Under the pieces are notes generated by a model, which was not told where the DNA came from, searched no databases, and worked only from the letters and a program-made list of their open reading frames with translations. From assembly GCF_009914755.1 (NCBI RefSeq), contig NC_060928.1: 64,000 nt of DNA; one strand, 5' to 3'. This DNA is from the human T2T-CHM13v2.0 reference genome, Homo sapiens. The position numbers and the translations under genes were made by a program. This document shows, piece by piece, positions 26,410 to 43,384 of this stretch; position 1 is the stretch's first letter, and the number at the start of each line of letters is the position of its first letter.

Positions 26410-28710
26410 AAAGGTTATTTTCATTTGTGAAAAATACAACTCTAGGCTCAGATGCCTTTACAAGGGAAAAGTAAGTTCTCTACCAAACATTCAGAGAACA
26501 GATAATTCTAGTCTTATATATATTGATTTAATTTAAAGGAGGGTGATACTGATGCCCAACTCATTTTGTATCAAGAAATAACCTTGACACAAAAATCAAG
26601 ATATTTTAAAATGTAAAATTATAGATTCATCTTACGTATGATCATGAACACAAAATCCTAAACAAAATATTATCAATCCAAATCCAGCAGTATATTTTTA
26701 AAAAATAAAATATTTTATTTATCACAATAATACAAAGATGAATTAATGCAATAAAAATCTGTTTATGTAATTGATCATACAAATGGATTATAAGAAAAAA
26801 AATTACATAATCTCCTCAACAGGTAGAGTGAAAAAAAGGCATTTGATAACATTTAACCTACTCATGACTTTTTTTACATTAGCAAAATAGTACTAGAAAA
26901 AAAACTTCATTAATTTAAAAAGAATATATAATAAAAACTCAGAATGAGTATTATACTTAATGGAATATTATACTAAAGAAAAATCAGGATGTTTCGAAGC
27001 ATTCCCTTTAAAGTCAAACATAAGACAAGGATATTCTATTATTGGTTCTATTCAACCTTGTCCTGGAATTCCTAATCAATCAGTAAAATAAAATTTAAAA
27101 AAGAGTTAAGGATTGGAAAGGAGTGGGCATAAGTATCACTGTTTTGTATATAACATGATTTTCAACCTAGAACACTTAAAAAAAATCTGCAGATAAATTA
27201 CAAGAGAGTTTAGCTGAATGGTGTCTACCGCCATACCACCCTGAATGCACCCAATCCCATCTGATCTCAGTAGCTAAGCAGAGCTGGGCCTGGTTAGTAC
27301 TTGGATGGGAGAGTTTAGCTGAATTGCAAGGTGAGAAAAAAGCAATACATTAAATCTGTAATGCTTCCATATACGTGTAACAATTAGAAAATGTATTTTT
27401 TAAAAGACTCCATTTTTAAAAAGACTCCATAACAACAACAAAAACTATAAAATACATACAAATAAAATTTAAAATGTTGGGTAGCACCTATATGGAAAAA
27501 ATTTACCAAACATCATCTCAAGGTAGAAAAAAATAACCAAATGAAAGAAGAAATATATGATGTTCATGGGTGGAAAGAGTTGAACCATAAAGTTTTTCAT
27601 TTTGCTCAAATTTATATATAAATCAATGTAATTCCAATTTAAAACTCCATAGATTTCTATGAAACTTGAAAAGCTGATGCTAAAATTTATTTAGAAAAGT
27701 AATGGAACAATAAAAGCTGAGATAGTTTTGGAGACAACAAACAAGCTGGGGTAACTTGACAAAGCAGTGAGGAATCAACACTTACTACAAAACTCTAGTA
27801 ATTAAGACAATGGAGTCTTGACTAATTACACAAATGAGATGAATAAAATGCTCAAAAAAGAAAGAAGGTGTTAATAAATGGTTGTGGTACAGATAATTGA
27901 GCAAATATATTAATATTTATGTTAAAACATATTTATTTAATAAATTGGGCTGCCATACACAAAAGTTGTTTGTGATTTAAAAGAACAGAAAATGAAAAAC
28001 AAAAGTTTACAACATTTATAAGAAAGGGAGACTATGTTTGCAGGATGAAAAAATATTTCTGAAACAAGGCATCAAAAGACAAGCAATAAAGAAAATACTT
28101 ATACTACTGACTATACTTTTAAAATAAAACTTTAGTAGCACAAAAGACACATAAATAAGAAAATAAAATATGCTATATGCCAGGAGAAGGTATAACAAAT
28201 ATAACCATCAAGGGATGGGATCCAGAATTTAGCAAGAACTCTGAAAAATAAGAAAACAAAAGCTCAGTATAAAATAGGCCAAAGATAGAAATAGGAAGGT
28301 CAAAGAGAAAGAAACACGAATTGCTAATGAACAAATATAAAGATGTTATCCTACTCAGTAATCTAGAAAATGCAAATTAAGAGTATGATATGATACCATT
28401 TCACACCCATGAAGTTAGCAATAAATTTAAAGTCTGTCAGTACCAAATGTTGGCAAGAATATGAAGCAATGAACTCTCCTAAACTACTGATGGAGTTACA
28501 AATTGGTACAATGTTGGAAAAAAATTTGGCAATATCTAATAAAATTGAAAATAGCCATACTTTTTGTCTCAGCAATTCTACTCCTAGAGAAACCGTAACA
28601 AGGTCTCCAAAGAGACCTATACACAATATTCTTTGCACTGCTATTTGTGATAGTGAAATGTTGAAAATAACCTATATGTCTACCAACAGAAAAATGGATT
28701 AAAAATTATG
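26410..28710 (+). mobile_element. Old L1M (L1ME-like) ORF2 to 3' region, hosting the 5S pseudogene
   Basis: A-rich degenerate L1 ORF2 motifs (aaaatcctaaacaaaatatta, atccagcag, gcatttgataa, gaagcattcccttt, aatgcaaattaa, agcaattctactcctag). Confidence 0.85.
27223..27312 (+). pseudogene. 5S rRNA retropseudogene, 3'-truncated, no poly(A) tail
   Basis: gtctaccgccataccaccctgaatgcacccaatcccatctgatctcagtagctaagcagagctgggcctggttagtacttggatgggaga matches 5S nt ~1-90. 16-bp TSD gagagtttagctgaat (27204-27219 / 27309-27324). Confidence 0.96.
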
Positions 28711-28859
28711 TGGTTAAACTATGGGATATTATCTTGTCATGTGATTCTTTACACTTTTCTGTATATTTGAAATAGCTCCCTTTTTTTAAAATGGTCAGGG
28801 AGGGTCAGAGTAGATGATATTTGAAAAATGAAATTCTTCCAAATATTTCAAATCTATTA

Positions 28860-29045
28860 GCTATGCTTGAAAAATGAGCAAAGAAATCTTTACACGATAA
28901 ATTCACAAACACCTTGAATACATCAAAATGAATGATCTGTAAGGAACAGGTCTCATTAGACTAACCTAATTTTGTAACATGACAGAGTAATAGGCCTGGC
29001 AGATCAAGGGGCAGAGATAAATGCTATGTCCCAACTTTAGCAAGA
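28860..29045 (+). mobile_element. CR1/L3 LINE fragment
   Basis: gactaacctaatt...tgacagagtaataggcctggcagatcaagggg...actttagcaag resembles the CR1 RT region. Confidence 0.5.
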
Positions 29046-30886
29046 ATTCTTATCCTGTGCCATATGGTATTCTCATCAAAGAAACGGGAAAGGTAAAGAA
29101 ATGTAAAAAAGAAAACAGGGATAGCATAGTCTAGACCTGGACTCCAGCCAACAGAATAAAATTACCCAGCACACTAGAAGATGGATAACTCTTCCTTCGG
29201 GGCTTATCAACCTCTGAGAACTAAACCAAAGTCTCTTGGCCTGGTGATAAAATGAAAACCCATAGGCCTTAAATGTGCAATTGACATCTAAGAGGCAGTG
29301 AGAAGAGCTCCATAATATGAAGATGTATTTTATTAAAATCGAGGAAGTGGTCAAAACCGAGCTAATATTTAAAGAGAGGATGACAAAAGAGTAGCACAAA
29401 TAAGGAAGGGAAATTAATATTTTAAAAATAAAAGTGCCAGCTAGGAAGCACAATTCATATTCCTCTACATGAGAAACAACTTTATCCGGGAAAGTGGTGA
29501 TTTTCTATTAAGCAGTCATTTGATGAGAGACACACAGGATAGCAAGAGAGGGATCAGGCTTCTCTGCAGCTGCATCTCCACGCTGTCCCAGGAAGCAAAC
29601 CTGCCTGAGAGACCATTCATGTGAGCGACCAGCCAGACAGTTTCATGTACTGGGGCTGCCCAGTTGAGAGTAGAAATCACTTTAGAGGTCAGATGGGACA
29701 TCAAGTTGAATTTTAAACATGAACGTGTCACTGTGATCTGGAAATCTATTAAAATAATGTAACATAAAAGTAGGAATGCTGCACTGACAAACCAGAATCC
29801 CCGTTTTCTCCATTTTGGCTCCACTGCGTGTCCACTTCCATTTCCACCACTTAAAGATGGAATAGGATATAGGAAGGTGGGTGGGGAGATTCTTCAAAAT
29901 CAGCCAGTTGTTATAAAATTATGCCTGTGGAAAACAAATGATTTTAAAATCCAGATTGTGAGAGAATTTTAGTAAGCTATTTCACATATACAAAAGGCCT
30001 TACCGAGAATTCTGTGGCCAGCTGTTCTTAATTAGAGAGATAAGAAAATAAGGATTTAGATGTGCGAGATGGGATACTTAGATGAAAAATTTTACACGAT
30101 TTTCCTGACAGAGAGCAGCTGATAAACCTTAGGAAGACTTTACATGAGAAATTGTAGAATCACAACTTTAAAGAAGGCATTCTTTAAATAAAATCTTTTC
30201 TGCTCTGGATAATTCTCTCAAAATTTCTCTCAGCCCTCAAATAAAAACTGTCCCAGAAATATTCTCCCCACCTAAAAAAAATTACCAAACAATTTTGAGG
30301 AAATATATTAAGAGAAGAAAGTCATTACATATTATACATTAAGCACATGGCAAAGTAAACTTTGCACTGTGCAATGAAGGTATTTTACCTTATACTATAC
30401 ACCCACATTCAAAACGTTGTTTTGCTTTTAAAAAGCATTGGTTAATGCTTCACAGAAAAATATATAATTTCAGAAACCATCTGCCTATGAGTCATATTTC
30501 CTCATTGCTTCCTCGTGTTTTCTTAACTAATTTGTTAATATTTGCATAAAAACAGGACCTTACTTTCATGAAAACACAGATATTCAATCAATGTTTATAA
30601 TATTACACATTTGTTGAAATTACACTGAACAAAAAGCACATATATAATTCTTAGGTGCTTGCATGCTGAATGTGTGAGCACTCCTAGAATAAGTATTATG
30701 TGTGTATCTGACATGGTAATTGCTGGTGTTTTTCTATTCTCCAGGATCTGTTTTCTTATTTAAGGAGTGAGCCCAACTCTTCCACTTATAGGGTGGAGTG
30801 GCAAAGAGGAGAGAAGAGGTGAGAGGTTATCAGGGTGTGGGGTGTGGTGGTGCCTCCCTCTGTGTCACTCCTACACTTGCTTTCTT

Positions 30887-31136
30887 TTTTTATTATTATT
30901 ATACTTTAAGTTCTAGGGTACATGTGCACAATGTGCAGGTTTGTTACATATGTATACATGTGTCATGTTGGTGTGCTGCATCCCTTAATTCATCACTTAC
31001 ATTAGGTCTATCTCCTAATGCTATCCCTCCCCCGTCCCCCCAACCCCACGACAGGCCCCGGTGTGTGATGTTCCCCACCCTATGTCCAAGTGTTCTCATT
31101 GTTCAATTCCCACCTATGAGTGAGAACATGCGGTGT
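30887..31136 (-). mobile_element. 5'-truncated L1PA (about L1PA5-6) 3' end
   Basis: ttattatactttaagttctagggtacatgtgcac...gagaacatgcggtgt. TSD cttgctttctt (30876-30886 / 31138-31148) at an endonuclease-type site. Confidence 0.95.
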
Positions 31137-32957
31137 CCTTGCTTTCTTAAAGGAATGAGGGCAGGTCACCGATGCACATGCACACATGAATTGCTAAAAT
31201 GGGGAGTTTTTCCTAGCTGAGATTCAACAACAGCTCTCTCTGGCCAGGAAGTGCCACTTACAAGTGCAATCATTTGGGCCCTTAGCATCAGCAACTACAA
31301 CCCTCAGACTGAACAAACTATTGATGCAAATGTGCACACAGAACCATTTCCAAAGATTCTTTGAAGTTACACATGATTGTGAGGAACATTTTAAGTTTGG
31401 AGGGATTTCATCCATTTCAGACCAAACCAAACATCACACCAAGTTAGAATCCTAAGGCATCAAAACAATAGAACACTTGAAAATTTTTCTAAATGACAAC
31501 TCCAGAGATTAATACATGTGTTTTAGACACACTTAAATGTGCCTCAAATTAGTCTTTATAAAAGGTGTATTATCACATCATCGTTTATATGTAAGTGTAG
31601 GTGTCGGCACTATACGTGTACAGCCACTTGGTTTCAGGGGGCACCTACCTCAAATAGACCACCCCACTTTTTATTTTTTCTGGCTCCTGTTTCTTCATAG
31701 GAAGTGCACAGAGATGCATGTCTACACACACTTTTACAGGTACTTATACATTCACCTATTTAACACCGTGCATGTTCCTACACGTTAGGTGGATACTCTG
31801 TACATGTAGTATATTTACAGATGATTTACTGAGTCATAAAATCCCCCTTACCCTTTCTCAGCATAATAAGCATGAAGCAGTTAAAGAAAAAAAAAAGGAA
31901 CAAAACACACACAGGGACTTGGCAGAAAGCTAAAAATAACAACGACATTTTTGAAGAGAAAATTGTAGAAGCAGGCTTTAAGGGGGATAAAGTTTTTCCA
32001 ACACCATGGGAAAGTCACATTTCTTCCTTAGGCTTCCAAACCTTATTTAAGCTGTTAGGCAAACATGAAGAACTGTACCTCAGCTTCTAGCAGCTGCACA
32101 TGGAGTGAAACCTGTATAGACTACCTACCTGTAAGTTTAGTCTGGGAAAAATAGATATTTTTAATTAAACTTTAATACTTTCAGATATCTATAATAATCC
32201 AAGAAGGCCAAGAAATGGTTAATGTGGTGAACCTGGATTTAATGAATAGATAAGCAGAATTTCTTAACTAGCCCACAAATATTCTTGCCAAATTTAAATG
32301 TATATCAAATTCAAATTAGATTTTTTAAAAGGTATAACCTGCCATGTATATTTTAAGCTAATCACAGAAAATCTATAGCATAAAAATGCTTTTAATTCCA
32401 CATTCTAATGTGTTCAGACATTTAGAGTCACAATATTTCAAAATTATACCAATAAGATATCAGCTATTTCTTATTTGGAAGAGGTGTAAAGAACACTTCC
32501 CCACCCCAGCCCATTGACCGCTACTGCCGTGTGTAAATTTGCTAGAAAACGTTACAGCAGTGGCAAGAGGGATGTCAGGATCACCCCTCCCTTCCTAGGA
32601 GATGATGCTATTGATTAGTTGCAGGAAAGAGGGGCAACATAGTGATCGCTATAGCCAAGGAATCATTTAGCCTTAATAGAGTTTTGTGAAGCCAAAATGG
32701 TCACTTGTGTGTTTTTTAATTCATATTAAATTCCTGTTTAATGGTTCACACAATGTTTTACTTCTCTAGAACCTCTTTTATGAAATTTTCATGGAGAAGT
32801 AACTCACTAACACTAGGTTGCTTTTGTCATATCCAGTCAAGAGTATGGCTCCAAATACAGCAATTGGCCTTCATTGAATACCGTACAGACAGTGTTATAT
32901 TTCACACATACCCATGCTGTCCTGAGTTTTTTCCTTCTTTTTTTTTTTTGGTTTACA

Positions 32958-33607
32958 TTTTTTTTCTTTTTATTGTGGTAAAATATATATAACATAAAGT
33001 TTGTCATCTTAGTCATTTTTAATGTACATTTCAACAACATTAATTACATCCACAATGTTGTATGACCATTATCATATCTATTTCTGAAATACTTTATCAT
33101 GCTCATCAGAAATTCTATACCCACTAAGTGACAACTTCCCATTCCTCCTTCTCCTCAACCCCCAATAGCCACTAATCTACTTCTATCTGTGTGAGTCTTC
33201 CCTACTGTAAGTATTTCATGTAAGTGGAATCATGCAATATGTGTCCTTTTGTATCTGGCTTATGCTACTTCAATTAGCATGTTTTCAAGGTTCATCCATG
33301 TTACTGCATATACTGGAACTTCATTTTTACAGTCAAATAAGATTCCATTGTATGTGCATATCACATTTTATTTATCCATTCATCTGTTGATAGACACTTG
33401 GATTGTTTTCAAGTTTTGGCTGTTGTAAATAATGCTGCAACAAACACTGATGTACAGGTATCTGTTTGAATCTCTGTTTTTGATTCCTTTAAGTTTATAA
33501 CTTAAGAGTGAAACTGCTGGGGCATATGATCATTCTAGGTTTAACCTTTTGGAGGATCCACCAAACGGTTTTCCACAGCTGCTGCACCATTTTACATTCC
33601 CACCAGC
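32958..33607 (-). mobile_element. L1MB-like 3' end
   Basis: ttttattgtggtaaaatatatataacataaa...gttttcaaggttcatccatg...caccattttacattcccaccagcag. Confidence 0.88.
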
Positions 33608-34355
33608 AGTTTTCTCCTTCTCAAGCAACTTTATTTTAAGCCTTAGAATAGCCAAGAAAAAAAAGGACGGAATAAAGAATTGGCCTGTATCTCAAAGAGC
33701 CAGCCTGTGTAATCTTTAATCTTGTCACACTATACTCCTTTTATAAATGGCCTGCAAAATAGTCCCCATTTTAACACTTGGTTTTGTTTGTGTTTTTCTA
33801 TTAAATAATCACATGCAATTAAGTAAATATTTCTTCTTTTAGTTCAGTAGCCCATATTATTTCCATTCTCCATGACAGCACTGTGGGAAAGCACTATTTT
33901 GGTTGAATGGAAGGAAACATGTCCAAGGCCTATTATTAGTTACCCTACGCATATTCTGGGAATTGTCCTCCGCTCCCCTAAATACCCAGATCCTTCCACA
34001 CCACCAGATTGTGGTTACACTTTCCAGTCCTTTTCCTCCTTTAAAAAATTTTCCCATGTCATTTCCCAGAGCAATTGCAGGCTGCTCTTCCTGCTGCTGG
34101 CAGATTGATTGTCTCATTTAGTGGTGTAATTTTGTGTTGCCTACAGAAAGAATTTCTTCTGCATTAATCTTTTGTCTTAAAATTTCAGGAATAACCTCAC
34201 TAAGTATACAATTTAGTGGTTGCTAGGAATGTGAACTGCACTTGATTGCAACAAAAGAGACCACGGATGACATTCTTGAAAACTGCACTTTATACATTTT
34301 TTTGGTCCATATAGTGCCATCAACTGATGCATTACAAAGTCCTTAGAGAGCAAGA

Positions 34356-34374
34356 ACCCCACTAGAGGGCGCAT
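34356..34374 (+). promoter_or_regulatory. Candidate CTCF binding site
   Basis: CCACTAGAGGGCGC closely matches the CTCF core and retains its CpG. Motif match only. Confidence 0.55.
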
Positions 34375-34475
34375 TCTCAATGTGCGACCAAAAGCAGACC
34401 CTCCTTTCTCATATTGCTAACCTACTTAGGAGGCAGATAGAAATCAAAAATAAAATGTTATTATTGAGTGGCTAG

Positions 34476-34707
34476 CAGGGGCCAGGATTAGGATGAGGCA
34501 CGTGAGATAGTCCCTCTGGGTGCAAAACTGAATGAGTGCCAAAAATCTTGGTAATCCAGATAAGTAATAAGTTAATGTAATATTTTGAGAAATAAAAATT
34601 AACGCAAAAACATCCATGATGAACAACATACCAAAATTTTAAATAAAGGTAAGTATTACTGCCTTTTTCTTTTTCCTCTGGCTCTTATATGGCTCAGCAC
34701 AGCACTA
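34476..34707. mobile_element. hAT MITE (MER96-like)
   Basis: cagggg...cacta termini with a perfect 8-bp TSD gtggctag (34468-34475 / 34708-34715), the hAT hallmark. Confidence 0.8.
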
Positions 34708-35188
34708 GTGGCTAGAAAGGTTTTCTTTTTGACAAAAGAAAAAAAGAATCACTGTAACATTTCTATGGTTCCATTACTCTACTTCCTCAAATTTCTCTCC
34801 CATGGAAATCATTCACACAGAGTCCTGGGCAAAACTGTGTACCAAGTAAAGTTTATCCTGAGGGGGTTCTATCTCTTTTTCCCTGCCCTCATCCCCAAAC
34901 ACCCAGTGGTCTCATGCCATCCTGACTTCTCAGGGCGTCCCACTTGGGCATCTTAGCTAGACCTGCTGTCTCTAAAAATAGTCCAAACTCTGCACCTCTT
35001 CTAGCCCTTGTGTAGCACCCCCCAAAAAAAGAATAGGTCCCAAGGGGAAAAGTAGTTTGATATCAAAAAAGCCTAAGACCATTGAGATAGAGAAAAATTA
35101 GTCTTACATAGAGTCGTACAATTCTAGAATAAGATGAGAGCTCTACCAAACCAATTCTGTTTATTTTACTAATAAGGTTAACAGGCTT

Positions 35189-36096
35189 GGGGGAGGAGCC
35201 AAGATGGCCGAATAGGAACAGCTCTGGTCTACAGCTTCCAGCGTGAGCGACGCAGAAGATGGGTGATTTCTGCATTTCCATCTCAGGTACCGGGTTCATC
35301 TCACTAGGGAGTGCCAGACAGTGGGCGCAGGTCAGTGGGTGCGGGCACCATGCGCAAGCCGAAGCAGGGTGAGGCATTGCCTCACTCGGGAAGCGCAAGG
35401 GGTCAGGGAGTTCCCGTTCCTAGTCAAAGAAAGGGGTGATGGACGGCACCTGGAAAATCAGGCCACTCCCACCCGAATACTGCGCTTTTCCAACGGGCTT
35501 AAAAAACGGCGCACCACGAGATTATATCACGCACCTGGCTCGGAGGGTCCTACACCCACGGAGTCTCGCTGATTGCTAGCACAGCAGTCTGAGATCAAAC
35601 TGCAAGGCAGCAGCCGAGGCTGGGGGAGGGGCGCCTGCCATTGCCCAGGCTTGCTTAGGTAAACAAAGCAGCCAGAAAGCTCCAACTGGGTGGAGCCCAC
35701 CACAGCTCAAGGAGGCCTGCCTGCCTCTGTAGGCTCCACCTCTGGGGGCAGGGCACAGACAAACAAAAAGACAGCAGTAACCTCTGCAGACTTAAATGTC
35801 CCTGTCTGACAGCTTTGAAGAGAGCAGTGGTTCTCCCAGTACGCAGCTGGAGATCTGAGAAGGGGCAGACTGCCTCCTTAAGTGGGTGCCTGACCCCTGA
35901 CCCACGAGCAGCCTAACTAGGAGGCACCCCCCAACAGGGGCACACTGACATCTCACACGGCAGGGTACTCCAACAGACCTGCAGCTGAGGGTCCTGTCTG
36001 TTAGAAGGAAAACTAACAAACAGAAAGGACATCCACACCAAAAACCCATCTGTACATCACCATCATCAAAGACCAAAAGTAGATAAAACCACAAAG
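35189..36096 (+). promoter_or_regulatory. L1 5'UTR internal sense promoter and antisense promoter; YY1 site intact
   Basis: YY1 motif aagatggccg at 35201-35210; many CpGs retained. Activity inferred from family knowledge only. Confidence 0.75.
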
Positions 36097-37113
36097 ATGG
36101 GGAAAAAACAGAACAGAAAAACTGGAAACTCTAAAAAGCAGAGTGCCTCTCCTCCTCCAAAGGAACGCAGTTCCTCACCAGCAAAGGAACAAAGCTGGAC
36201 AGAGAATGACTTTGACGAGCTGAGAGAAGAAGGCTTCAGACGATCAAATTACTCTGAGCTACGGGAGGACATTCAAACCAAAGGCAAAGAAGTTGAAAAC
36301 TTTGAAAAAAATTTAGAAGAATGTATAACTAGAATAACCAATACAGAGAAGTGCTTAAAGGAGCTGATGGAGCTGAAAACCAAGGCTTGAGAACTACGTG
36401 AAGAATGCAGGAGCCTCAGGAGCCAATGCGATCAACTGGAAGAAAGGGTATCAGCAATGGAAGATGAAATGAATGAAATGAAGTGAGAAGGGAAGTTTAG
36501 AGAAAAAAGAATAAAAAGAAATGAGCAAAGCCTCCAAGAAATATGGGACTATGTGAAAAGACCAAATCTATGTCTGATTGGTGTACCAGAAAGTGATGGG
36601 GAGAATGGAACCAAGTTGGAAAACACTCTGCAGGATATTATCCAGGAGAACTTCCCCAATCTAGCAAGGCAGGCCAATGTTCAGATTCAGGAAATACAGA
36701 GAACGCCACAAAGATACTCCTCAAGAAGAGCAACTCCAAGACACATAATTGTCAGATTCACCAAAGTTGAAATGAAGGAAAAAATGTTAAGGGCAGCCAG
36801 AGAGAAAGGTCGGGTTACCCTCAAAGGGAAGCCCATCAGACTAACAGCGGATCTCTCGGCAGAAACCCTACAAGCCAGAAGAGAGTGGGGGCCAATATTC
36901 AACATTCTTAAAGAAAAGAATTTTCAACCCAGAATTTCATATCCAGCCAAATTAAGCCTCATAAGTGAAGGAGAAATAAAATACTTTACAGACAAGCAAA
37001 TGCTGAGAGATTTTGTCACCACCAGGCCTGCCTTACAAGACCTCCTGAAGGAAGCGCTAAACATGGAAAGGAACAACCGGTACCAGCCGCTGCAAAATCA
37101 TGCCAAAATGTAA
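36097..37113 (+). pseudogene. ORF1: L1 ORF1p (RNA-binding chaperone), disrupted
   Basis: MGKKQNRKTGNSK...YQPLQNHAKM; in-frame TGA at 36388-36390 and 36484-36486 (CGA>TGA). Confidence 0.95.
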
Positions 37114-37161
37114 AGACCATCGACACTAGGAAGAAATTGCATCAACTAACGAGCAAAATGA

Positions 37162-41003
<3,842 letters not shown>

Positions 41004-41895
41004 ACAATGAGATCACATGGACACAGGAAGGGGAACATCACACTCTGGGGACTGTTGTGGGGTGGGGGGAGGGGGGTGGGATAGCATTGGGAGATATACC
41101 TAATGCTAGATGACAAGTTAGTGGGTGCAGCGCACCAGCATGGCACATGTATACATATGTCACTAACCTGCACAATGTGCACATGTACTCTAAAACTTAA
41201 AGTATAATAATAAAAGAAAAAAAAACTTAAAAAAAATAAAAATAAAATAAAAATAAAAATAAAAAAATAAGGTTAACAGGCTCAAGGGGATTAAAAAGGA
41301 CTAGTGAAACGATTACACATGAGGCATAGTCAAGACTAGGACCCAGGTCTACTTGCTTCCTTCCCATTACACAAAATTGTCAGAACTTTTTTGCTTTTAT
41401 TCCATGTTTTTACATTTGTAGGCAAATATTTAAAAATTCAGAAATTTCTGGGACATGAGATCATTCCACTTGTATTTTAGAGTTTACTACACAGTCAACA
41501 TAATTAATGATTTCAAATATTTATTCAGAGATTATTTTGTATCCAAGATACTGTCATAAAAAGTCAAGATCCTAGTGTAGGAGGTGAAATTTCAAATAAT
41601 CATTGAGTAGCTAAAAAAAAAAAAAAGAAAGCTCATGGAGATAGAAAATGGGCAAACATAAATGAGGAAATTCAGAAAACTAGGCACTGCATAGGTTTGC
41701 TACAATAAAAAAAGAGCAAGCATTTAAATGGGTTACAAAATTGGACACTGGAAAGCTTCTTCGAACATTTCAGTAATCAGAATATCTTCAAGGTTTGGTA
41801 CAGGAATGCAAAAGGATTTCCTGACAATTGTATCCCATATACCAAACAAGTGACCTGGCTTCAGACTCCTTTGCCTTTTAACTAGTTTCTCATTA

Positions 41896-42046
41896 CAGAT
41901 GCTCCTTGACTTATCATGGGGTTATAGCCCAATAAAACCACTGGAGTCAAAAATATTATAAGTCGAAAATGCATTTAATATGCCAATAAACCCATTGTGA
42001 AGTTGAAAATCATTAAGTCAAACCATCATAAGTCAGAGACCATCTG
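41896..42046. mobile_element. Tigger5/MER47-like Tc1-mariner MITE
   Basis: TA|cagatgctccttgacttatcatgg ... ccatcataagtcagagaccatctg terminal inverted repeats. Confidence 0.8.
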
Positions 42047-42310
42047 TGCTCTATTATATGAAATATAAAATAAGTTTCCATAAATCAAAGTTAAATTAAA
42101 AAAACTACCAATAGCTTAGGAAATGTATGTCAATGCAGTTCAGTACAACAGACAATTTTGGTGGATGGAAAAAAACTGAGTAGACCCATTCCCATATGGT
42201 GAAAAATATATTGAATGTAGTTTGTGGATTGGAGGGGAGTAGGCATGATCCTTCCTTTTCTCAGGTTATTTTCTGAAAATGAGTACTGCAAATCCAGGAA
42301 TTTTAATTGA

Positions 42311-42719
<409 letters not shown>

Positions 42720-43384
42720 TAACTCATTTTCTAAAACTCTTTAGAACATTTGAGAATAAACAACAATTTTTATATTATTGCCCCAAATTATACTTCCAAA
42801 TTCAAGATGACAATCATGTTGGAGTTGTCTCACTTAACATATAATAAACTAACACAATGACAAGACCTGTGGAGAAATCTACACAAATAAGCGATGTGTA
42901 CATTGGAATCTACCCCGCCCCCAACCCCTCAAATTACCAAGACATCCTTTTCCCAACCTGTTGTTTTGCCACATTTTCAAAATTCCCAGAAATTCTACAT
43001 TTCTATTCAGAATTCAGCCAATGAGTTACAAAGCAAATATCTCGTCATTGGACACTGTTTTTCAATTTTTCCTAGAGGCTGTCCTGCCTTCGACGCAGTA
43101 GTTTCCTTGTTAGTAATTTTACCTCTGCTTCCTCAAGTGCAAATCTAACATTATTAAAGTTTATTCTTGTCCAGTTTCCACATCCTTACTAGAAAGATGA
43201 CAACTTCGTGCAAATACCATGTAACAGGACCACTGGCTGCTAATTCGGCATTTCTGGGAATAGGCAGAGAATGTCACAAACCAGCTTCAGAACAGCACAT
43301 TAAGCCTGGAAATGTAGTTTATAATTTCACTTGACTTTCAAATATTTGATTTTACACTTGATGGGCGGCATTTCTAATCAATAG

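Noticed and set aside
27396-27430. Short tandem duplication aaaagactccat
   Set aside because: Ordinary slippage inside an old L1
34972-34981. Perfect MEF2 motif CTAAAAATAG
   Set aside because: A single AT-rich 10-mer in AT-rich DNA, with no supporting context
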